A DNA stretch of 64,000 nucleotides from Patescibacteria group bacterium (GTDB taxonomy: Bacteria > Patescibacteriota > Microgenomatia > UBA1400 > PJMF01): contig BOKR01000001.1 of assembly GCA_016861085.1 (NCBI GenBank), positions 825,696 to 889,695 on the forward strand, read 5' to 3'. The notes beneath the pieces are model-generated. The model was given only the letters and a program-made list of their open reading frames with translations, was not told the DNA's origin and made no database searches. Numbering within the stretch: the stretch's first letter is position 1; every line of letters starts with the position of its first letter. A program made the translations under genes and the position numbers. Positions 56,813 to 64,000 of this stretch are shown piece by piece.

Positions 56813-57178
56813 ATGGCAAGAGTTGCAGTTTTACCTCAAAAGATTATTAGTCAATTGGAAAAAACACATCTGCTTACCGTTGGACAAATAATTGAGAAAC
56901 TTAAAAAGTCTGGAAATACATACAACAAAACCAGCATTTATAGAGCTTTAGAAAAATTAGAAATTGAAGGCAAGATTTGTAAAGAAAATTTCGGAGAATC
57001 AGAAGCTTTATACGAATTAAGAAAAAATCACCACGACCATGCAGTTTGCACAAATTGTGACAAAGTCGTTGCTGTGGAATGCCACGATCACACAAACAAA
57101 AAAATCCCAGGTTTTCAAGCTGACCACCACCACACAACTATTTATGGTTTATGTGACAGTTGTGTAAAAAAAAGTTAA
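56813..57178 (+). CDS. Fur-family metalloregulator (Zur-like)
   Basis: TSIYRAL, HHDHAVCTNC, YGLCDSC. Confidence 0.9.
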   Translation: MARVAVLPQKIISQLEKTHLLTVGQIIEKLKKSGNTYNKTSIYRALEKLEIEGKICKENFGESEALYELRKNHHDHAVCTNCDKVVAVECHDHTNKKIPGFQADHHHTTIYGLCDSCVKKS

Positions 57179-57224
57179 TTTTCTCTGTATAATATGGTGG
57201 CTACCAATACGAGCCATGTTCATT

Positions 57225-57311
57225 GGAGGGATGCCGGAGCGGTTGAACGGCCAGCTCTCGAAAAGCTTGGGGAGTGAAAACTCCACGGGGGTTCGAAACC
57301 CCCTCCCTCCG
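57225..57311 (+). tRNA. tRNA-Ser(CGA), CCA not encoded
   Basis: GGAGGGA/TCCCTCC acceptor; AGCT-CTCGAAA-AGCT; variable arm GGAG..CTCC; GGGGG-TTCGAAA-CCCCC. Confidence 0.88.
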
Positions 57312-57351
57312 CCCTGTTAATTAACCATAAGAAACATGCTACTATACTCCA

Positions 57352-57777
57352 ATGAAAAAGAGAGTGAATCTAAAAGAAGTGAGCCGAGTTATTGTTCCGT
57401 ACCCAAAAACCACGGATACATTCTTAGTTGGCAGGAGAAAAAATAGTGGTTTATGGGTTATTCTTGGCGGTGGAATCGACCCAGGTGAAACAAAAAAAGC
57501 TGCTGCACTCAGAGAATTATATGAAGAGTCAGGAAGGCAAGCAACAGAAATAACTTTTCTGTTTGAAGACGCTTTTGGCGATTGGCTTACCTACTATTAT
57601 CTGTGTACTGAAATTTCAAAACCTAAACGAAAACCTGATAAAGAACACACTAGAGTTGACTTTATCCCACTAAAAAAACTGAATAGGAAAAACATGGGAC
57701 AAAACCATTACGACATTCTGCAGCGGGTGTCAGAACAACTAGAACAAGAAAAACGCGAAAAAAAGAAAAAAAAGTAA
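57352..57777 (+). CDS. NUDIX hydrolase
   Basis: GGIDPGETKKAAALRELYEESG. Confidence 0.9.
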   Translation: MKKRVNLKEVSRVIVPYPKTTDTFLVGRRKNSGLWVILGGGIDPGETKKAAALRELYEESGRQATEITFLFEDAFGDWLTYYYLCTEISKPKRKPDKEHTRVDFIPLKKLNRKNMGQNHYDILQRVSEQLEQEKREKKKKK

Positions 57778-57780
57778 TTT

Positions 57781-58498
57781 TTACTTATTTGATTTAACTC
57801 GCTTGTACCGCTCAGTGTGTAGTTTTCCTTCATTTGTCTTGTGTTTCTCATTAGTAATATCGTCAAAAATTGCCCCCCAAACTTCTTTTGTTTCAGTTGA
57901 AAATTGTGAAGGGTAACATTTAGTTAAATAGTCGTTCCTGTGTGCTCTTGTTTGCTCTGACAAATGTATTTTCATTTTTTGTTTCTTTGTAGTCCATAAG
58001 TATAATTCCGGACGTTTCTTCAGGGCAGCTGATTTTGGCATATAGTGAGCTACATCTGCTGCTGCTCTCACATATTTTGCTACTTCACCAGCTCTATTGT
58101 GATCTGGATGATCAAAATAGTTCGTTATTTCTTTTGGATGAAATGAAAATAGGGCATCAGCACCGACCTCGCGAACAATTGGTAAGACAGCAGCTACTAA
58201 CTCCTGAAGTGGAACAAATGGTAAACCCAAGTCTGGAAAACGTAAAATAGTCAAACTGGCACCAAGAAATTGCATGGCAGCTTCTGCTTCTTGCTTTCTA
58301 ATCAATGCCATTTCTGTGGGTTTGGTTTGAAAACCTTTTGGAATTCCTAACTCACCTGCCGTTAAGAAAATAATATGGGGACTAATTCCTGCAGCAACAA
58401 AGACACTCTAGAACCCCAAAGAATAAAGCTTCATCATCGGGATGAGCCAAGATAAATACGGGTTTTTTCAGCTGATCTACAGCGTGTGTTTCTTTCAT
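57781..58498 (-). pseudogene. PIG-L/LmbE-family deacetylase, frameshifted (+1) near 58400
   Basis: N-terminal piece MKETH...LAHPDDE in one frame; LTAGELG, RKQE, DHPDH in another; removing one base at 58399-58401 joins them. Confidence 0.85.
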
Positions 58499-58588
58499 GT
58501 TCTTGATTATATCATGTGCTGACTTGCACTTATCATCTTAATTTGATTGTGTTGACAATCTTTTTTATGATTGTTAGCATAGTAGTAT

Positions 58589-59203
58589 ATGACAAAAAAG
58601 TTATTTTCTTCTCTAACAGTATTTGTTGTGGCTACAGCCCTGTTCCTGACCGTGACTTCAGACGGATCTGTAGGTGGCATGGTCTATGCTGTTAATGGTC
58701 TTGATAAAGCAAACGCTAGAGCTGAGGAACGAATGATGAAAACTAGACAAAGAATGGCTAGCCCCAGTGCTGGATTGCAACGTTCCTGTGAGTCTCGAGA
58801 AGACACAATAGTAAGTAGGATGAGCCAACTCGTTCGTCTTTCAGAAAATATGTTGTCAGTCTTTGATAAGCACTTAGCTAGGGTTCAAAACTACTACCTG
58901 ACTGTAGTTGTTCCCGCTGGCAGTACTGTTGCTAATTATGATGACTTAGTAGCAGATACTGCAGCAAAGAAAGCCGTTGTTCAAACAGCCCTTGCCAATG
59001 CGCAAGCTGATGTCGATGATTTTTCTTGTACGACAGGTGACCCAATTGCGCACCTTGCCACCTTCAGAACAGATATGCAAACCGTAAAAACAGCTCTCAA
59101 AGAATATCGCAGCTCTATTAAAAACTTAATAGTTGCGGTACGTACAGCTGCTGAAGCTCTTGAAACACCTACCCCAACCCCAACAGCCACACCAACACTG
59201 TAA
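58589..59203 (+). CDS. Exported helical hypothetical protein with PT-repeat tail
   Basis: Signal peptide, coiled-coil body, TPTPTPTATPT. Confidence 0.75.
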   Translation: MTKKLFSSLTVFVVATALFLTVTSDGSVGGMVYAVNGLDKANARAEERMMKTRQRMASPSAGLQRSCESREDTIVSRMSQLVRLSENMLSVFDKHLARVQNYYLTVVVPAGSTVANYDDLVADTAAKKAVVQTALANAQADVDDFSCTTGDPIAHLATFRTDMQTVKTALKEYRSSIKNLIVAVRTAAEALETPTPTPTATPTL

Positions 59204-59230
59204 TATTACTAGATAAAATTAAGGAACAGT

Positions 59231-59500
59231 ATGCCAAAAAAAATGAAACAAACACAAACAATGGAATCCAAGAGCTACTTCTGGATACTTGCAATACTAC
59301 TCGTTCTTGCAGGCCTTTTCTTTTACAAATCAAAAAAACTCAAAGATAAAGGAACTGAGTATATGGTAAAAGAAACACCAATCATGGATTCTAATGGTCT
59401 CGAAAGAGAGAGTATGCAGCTTGACGGCACTGATGTTGATGCTCAACTAGATGCTCAACTAGACCTACTACAAAACGACGCTGCAGAAATGAAACAATAG
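59231..59500 (+). CDS. Small single-TM protein
   Basis: One TM helix; acidic C-terminus. Confidence 0.65.
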   Translation: MPKKMKQTQTMESKSYFWILAILLVLAGLFFYKSKKLKDKGTEYMVKETPIMDSNGLERESMQLDGTDVDAQLDAQLDLLQNDAAEMKQ

Positions 59501-59525
59501 CCTGTTCAATTCTGAAGTCAACTTT

Positions 59526-60812
59526 CTACCGGTGTGTAAAAAGAATGACATTTGGTAATGCTCTTCCAGGACCGACCTTATATCCTCCAAACCATAAGGC
59601 AGTAGAACCTCCATCGTCTAAATTGAGTGCATTCTCCATACCCATTGCTCGCATAACACGTGCTGACTCTGCAACAGTGGCTGAATGAACAACGCCGATG
59701 TATACAATGCTACCTCTATTGGCCACAAAACTTCTATTCCCTTTGCTTCCCTTCTTTGGGTCATCATCACCACCAAACACTACGTTTCCGTCTGCCACGA
59801 GTAATGGGTAATTTGAGAGCATACCATCTATGCCTGTATCCCTTCCCCATCCAGAGACTGCTCCAATAAACCGTACTGAGCCAGGACTAAAAATAACACC
59901 CGGATTATTACTGTACACATTGTTATCTGAATTAAAGTAAACTTTATCCTTATTCATAGCTAACAAATCAAATGTGTTTGTTTTGCCTGCACAAGATGGA
60001 TAACTTGCTGGACAAAAATATGAGCCATTGATACCTGCGTAGGCTCCGTTTCTGCCAACGTACTCTGCAAGTGGCAAAACCGGACAATCGTTGAAACAAT
60101 CTGAGCCAGAAGCTGTATCAACTATCACACGGGTACTCCCTAAATCTCCAGCCACAATTGAAACGGTAAATGCTCCAGCATCACTACTAACGACTTGCCG
60201 TGCATATCCGTTTGAAGGGGGGTCATTAGAAGCTGGAGCTGAAGCAGTTGTCGTCGTTCCGGTTGCTCCTGTAGTTGTACCTCCAGTTTGCGTCTGCTGT
60301 GCTGCCAATTTCGCTGCCTCAGCTTGGGCGGCTGCCAATAATTTTTGGGCCTGATCAGCCTCATATTCAGCAATTTTTTTTGTTACCTCTGTCATTGCTT
60401 CCACAACACCCTCATAATCTCTCTTAGAAGTGAGATCTAGTAAATTTGCAAATAATTTTCTCATTTCAGAAATTTGATTTTGTGGATAACTACCATTTTC
60501 AAAATCATCAATAGTTTCGTAAACAGTGAGCAAGTCTTGATAAGTCTCTTCAATCACTTCAATACGAGCCTGTAGCTCCATGTTTGTTTTATGTGGATCA
60601 GAGTTTTGTAAATCTTGTAACTCAGTCCTGACTTGTGCTAATACAGTCTCGGTTTCAGTCAGTAACTGTTCTTGCTGTCTTTGTTCTGTTTGAACTTTTT
60701 GAATTTCTTGCCATTGCCAATATGAGAGGCCCAATACTGCTAATAAAGCTACTGTCAAACCAATTACTGCTTTATGTGTTACGACATATTTAGAAAAGTT
60801 ATTTGCTTTCAT
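59526..60812 (-). CDS. Phosphodiester glycosidase (NAGPA-like) family protein with TM and coiled coil
   Basis: GINGSYF, NRSFV, ALNLDDGGST. Confidence 0.88.
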   Translation of the reverse strand: MKANNFSKYVVTHKAVIGLTVALLAVLGLSYWQWQEIQKVQTEQRQQEQLLTETETVLAQVRTELQDLQNSDPHKTNMELQARIEVIEETYQDLLTVYETIDDFENGSYPQNQISEMRKLFANLLDLTSKRDYEGVVEAMTEVTKKIAEYEADQAQKLLAAAQAEAAKLAAQQTQTGGTTTGATGTTTTASAPASNDPPSNGYARQVVSSDAGAFTVSIVAGDLGSTRVIVDTASGSDCFNDCPVLPLAEYVGRNGAYAGINGSYFCPASYPSCAGKTNTFDLLAMNKDKVYFNSDNNVYSNNPGVIFSPGSVRFIGAVSGWGRDTGIDGMLSNYPLLVADGNVVFGGDDDPKKGSKGNRSFVANRGSIVYIGVVHSATVAESARVMRAMGMENALNLDDGGSTALWFGGYKVGPGRALPNVILFTHR

Positions 60813-60891
60813 AAAGTCAGTTTAGTAGATGTATCAGCAAAAATCTAGCATTAATTCTTTTGGACTTGCTGCTCATGCTATACTAGCTAAA

Positions 60892-61524
60892 ATGAGAACA
60901 CCATTTATCATTGGCGTTGCAGGGGGTAGTGGTTCGGGTAAAACCACTCTTTCAAATGAGATCCGTAAATCTGTTCCAAAAAAATTCATAGAACATATCC
61001 CGCATGACGCGTATTATCGTGACCAAACCCATATACCAATGGAAAAACGATTTCATACCAATTACGATCATCCGGATTCTTTGGAAACAGACTTACTCAT
61101 CAAACACATAAAGCAATTAAAAAAGGGTAAATCAGTGCAAAGACCCACATATGATTTCACCAATCATAATCGTTCTAAAGAAACTGTCTTAATCGAACCC
61201 AAGCAGATCATCTTGATTGAAGGTATATTAATTTTTGCAGATGAACAACTTCGAAAGCAAATCAATATGAAGATTTTTGTTGATACGGATGGTGATTTGA
61301 GATTAGCAAGAAGATTGGTCAGAGACGTAGCCGAACGTGGCAGAACTTTTGAACAGGGAATAGAACAGTACTTATTGTTCACAAAACCGATGCATGAACA
61401 GTTCGTTGAACCTTCAAAGCGCTTTGCGGATATTATCATTCCCGAAGGAGGCTTTAATGCTGTTGCAACCCAGATGATTCAATCACAAATAACAGCTGTA
61501 TTAAAAAATGCAAAGAAAAAATAA
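60892..61524 (+). CDS. udk: Uridine kinase
   Basis: GVAGGSGSGKTT, NYDHPDS, IEGIL, RDVAERGR, FVEPSKRFAD. Confidence 0.95.
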   Translation: MRTPFIIGVAGGSGSGKTTLSNEIRKSVPKKFIEHIPHDAYYRDQTHIPMEKRFHTNYDHPDSLETDLLIKHIKQLKKGKSVQRPTYDFTNHNRSKETVLIEPKQIILIEGILIFADEQLRKQINMKIFVDTDGDLRLARRLVRDVAERGRTFEQGIEQYLLFTKPMHEQFVEPSKRFADIIIPEGGFNAVATQMIQSQITAVLKNAKKK

Positions 61525-61526
61525 TT

Positions 61527-62009
61527 ATGATTAGAACCTTGCTTTTAGATTTCTCCTATACCCTTTGTTTTCCAAAAACTAAAGAAACTATTGAGTCACT
61601 GAATGGTTTGTATAAACAAATCTTGCAAGACGATTCCACGGCACAGGCACTAGATAACTTCCTCATTAATCAAGAATTATTAGATTATTTACTAACATTG
61701 AGAACTCATTGCAGACTCTACGTCTTTACTTCTGGAACTATGCATACTGACCCTGTAATTTCACACATGCTTAAACCAGTGTTTGATGGATACATCACTA
61801 GCATCGAACTAAATATGCCAAAGGCATATCCAAATACGTATAAAGTTATTGCGAATAAATTAGATGTCACAACAAATGAAATACTATTTATTGATGATCA
61901 ACAAAAAAATGTTGTAGCTGCAATCACTGCTGGTGCGAATGCAATTCGATACACAAATAACACTGAAACTATACGACAAATAAAAAAGCTATTGGAAACC
62001 GTTTCGTAG
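61527..62009 (+). CDS. HAD-like hydrolase
   Basis: LLDFSYTL, TSG, PK, FIDDQQKNV. Confidence 0.8.
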   Translation: MIRTLLLDFSYTLCFPKTKETIESLNGLYKQILQDDSTAQALDNFLINQELLDYLLTLRTHCRLYVFTSGTMHTDPVISHMLKPVFDGYITSIELNMPKAYPNTYKVIANKLDVTTNEILFIDDQQKNVVAAITAGANAIRYTNNTETIRQIKKLLETVS

Positions 62010-62012
62010 CAG

Positions 62013-62921
62013 TCACCTTAGCACCCTACTCCAAAATCCCACCACACTACCATGCATAACAGCAATGTCTGATGTTATTTGCAACAGCGGTAAATATTTG
62101 TAGCCCGTTCCAACATACTTTTTATTTTTTTTGATTGCCCATATACAATAAAACAGGAACAAAACCAAAAATATTTTTATATTTAACACTAGAAAAAAAG
62201 TAAAAACAAAATACCTCATAAAAATTAAAAACACTTTTGGTCTAAGAATGCCTGCAAAAACATCACCACGAGCAAATCTAAAAATCATAGTATAAAATTC
62301 TTGTAAAGTTTTTCTTGGCTCCCAAAAAACCACTGCTTCTTGAGCAAATGAAATTTTTATCTTTTGCCTTTCAAGTCTTCTTGCAAGAGCGTAATCTTCA
62401 TTATCACTTAACTTTTCATCAAATCCACCTAGTTCTTGAAAGAGGTTTTTTTCAATTAACATTGAGCGAGTTGCTGGCAAAAAATTCTCAGGGTCTATTT
62501 TGTCGGTCATTACCAAAACATAAGGCACCACGGCTTTTTGAAAATCAGTTTCTGGTTTTGAATCGTAATAACCAGCCACTACTGGAGTCTTTGCAATTTG
62601 GTACTGTTTTATTATTTCCTTGAGCCAATTTTTTTCTAAAATGCAGCCAGCATCCGTAATCGCAATTAACTCACCTGTTGCTAACTGTACTGCATAGTTA
62701 CGACCAATACTTCTATTCCCCAACTTTTGTTTTACCTGTATTGCAAGCTTAGGATTTTTTTTTGAAAAGTCTCTAATCAAACGTACTGTGTCATCGGCAG
62801 AACCACCATCAACAATAATTACTTCATTAGGTTTTAGTGATTGTGCTGCAATACTTTGCAATAAATCAATTATTGTTCGCTGCTCATTGAGCACTGTACA
62901 TATTAATGAAATTTTCTTCAT
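62013..62921 (-). CDS. Glycosyltransferase family 2
   Basis: VDGGSAD, GRN, TDAG, GGFDE..ED. Confidence 0.92.
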   Translation of the reverse strand: MKKISLICTVLNEQRTIIDLLQSIAAQSLKPNEVIIVDGGSADDTVRLIRDFSKKNPKLAIQVKQKLGNRSIGRNYAVQLATGELIAITDAGCILEKNWLKEIIKQYQIAKTPVVAGYYDSKPETDFQKAVVPYVLVMTDKIDPENFLPATRSMLIEKNLFQELGGFDEKLSDNEDYALARRLERQKIKISFAQEAVVFWEPRKTLQEFYTMIFRFARGDVFAGILRPKVFLIFMRYFVFTFFLVLNIKIFLVLFLFYCIWAIKKNKKYVGTGYKYLPLLQITSDIAVMHGSVVGFWSRVLR

Positions 62922-62936
62922 GAACTGTAGTATAAC

Positions 62937-63965
62937 TTACTTTTTTTTCCAAAGCTGCAAATACTGATCAACTACTTTATCCCATGTATTCATTAAGGCA
63001 AATTGCTTTGCTGCTTTTTTCATTTCCGGGAGCAGTTTTTGTGAAGTTAGCATATGTTCAAACTTTGCGATCATGCTCTCCACACTACCGGCAATTACCA
63101 TATATTTATTCCCTGGGTAGGTTTCTAAGTATTCTTTTTTTAAGGGATTAGAATAAAACGATAGAACTATTTTTTCCAAACACTGAGCTTCTAAAATTGA
63201 GAGGTAAGAACTGGCAAACACAAAATCAACTATAACAATGTGCTGACTGATATTCTTAACAAATCCAGTTACAATCCCAAATTGTTCACACTCTTTTTTT
63301 AAAAATCCATCTCCAACCCAAACCATTTCAAAAGCAATATTTTTGACCTGTAATTCTTTAAGAAAATCGATATACATCAAAACATCTGTATCATGCTCTA
63401 ATCGTCCAACAAAAACAAACTTCAATTTGGTTGATTTTTTTTCTGCTTTACTACTATTTGACTTGGTGAAGCGTTTAGGATTTATTCCACCATAGGTGAT
63501 AAATGTAGGCTTATCCCAGTAAAACTTTTGAATAAATGCTCCGACATGAATTGTTCCCTGAGCAAGTTTTGAAACCAAAAATCTATGAATTTTAGAATTA
63601 AGTGGAATTGGAAATTGGGTCTCCCATCCATGAAACGTTATAAACACCTTCTTTTTTATTTTTACATACAGTGGCAAAATCCACCAAAAAACATCATGCA
63701 CATGGATGATATCTGCTTGTAAAATACTCTCTTTTACCGAAATAATAGCTTGCCAAATATCATGCTTGTTTTGCGCATCTGCAGAAAGTCTAATAACCTT
63801 TACCCCATCATATTCAGTCTTTGATTTCAATTTGGCATCATGTTGTAGAGTAATAACGGTTACCTCATGACCCATCCGAGTCAAGATTGCAGATATTTCG
63901 CGCACATGGATTTCAACCCCACCCAAGTGAGGTAAATATAATCGTGATAAAAATACAACATTCAT
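62937..63965 (-). CDS. Glycosyltransferase family 4
   Basis: PHLGGVE, DIIHVH, TFHG, FVGRL, SILEA. Confidence 0.9.
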   Translation of the reverse strand: MNVVFLSRLYLPHLGGVEIHVREISAILTRMGHEVTVITLQHDAKLKSKTEYDGVKVIRLSADAQNKHDIWQAIISVKESILQADIIHVHDVFWWILPLYVKIKKKVFITFHGWETQFPIPLNSKIHRFLVSKLAQGTIHVGAFIQKFYWDKPTFITYGGINPKRFTKSNSSKAEKKSTKLKFVFVGRLEHDTDVLMYIDFLKELQVKNIAFEMVWVGDGFLKKECEQFGIVTGFVKNISQHIVIVDFVFASSYLSILEAQCLEKIVLSFYSNPLKKEYLETYPGNKYMVIAGSVESMIAKFEHMLTSQKLLPEMKKAAKQFALMNTWDKVVDQYLQLWKKK

Positions 63966-64000
63966 TTTACTTTTCGGTTTGTAGCGTCACAGTTCTTGTA

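Noticed and set aside
59438-59463. 12-bp tandem duplication GATGCTCAACTA
   Set aside because: In-frame local duplication (DAQLDAQL) with no sign of function
1-64000. Alternative genetic code (TGA=Gly, as in Gracilibacteria/Absconditabacteria)
   Set aside because: Conserved genes are full length under code 11 and several end properly at TGA (e.g. res, lexA)

Overview
Chromosomal segment of a small-genome bacterium, most likely Candidate Phyla Radiation / Patescibacteria (Microgenomates-like). This is inferred from gene content, the type IV pilus cluster, fermentative PFL/acetate-CoA ligase genes and pervasive leaderless genes. About 1.5-23.6 kb is an integrated island next to an unusual tRNA-Ser with anticodon ACT. 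It carries a large serine recombinase, two tiny duplicated promoter+ORF units, a capsid-less packaging-like module (ParB-MTase, MTase, HTH/TerS-like, TerL), a type III R-M system with an XRE controller and a DUF3644-like HEPN gene, further nucleases, and a type III CBASS (CdnC-HORMA-TRIP13-NucC plus an extra HEPN gene). The CBASS genes are translationally coupled behind a LexA-like self-cleaving repressor whose promoter carries a palindromic operator. Two degenerate tRNA-3'-end copies mark the right side and bracket flavodoxin + cupin genes. The rest is mostly host genes: type IV pilus cluster, FMN reductase/HxlR, a GC-rich lipoprotein gene with a long structured leader, mscL, maf, pflB-pflA-acetate-CoA ligase, GH57, three more tRNAs (Ser-TGA, Arg-GCG, Ser-CGA), FTR1-ZIP-Fur, a frameshifted PIG-L deacetylase, udk and glycosyltransferases. 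All protein assignments come from motif recognition by eye, not database searches.
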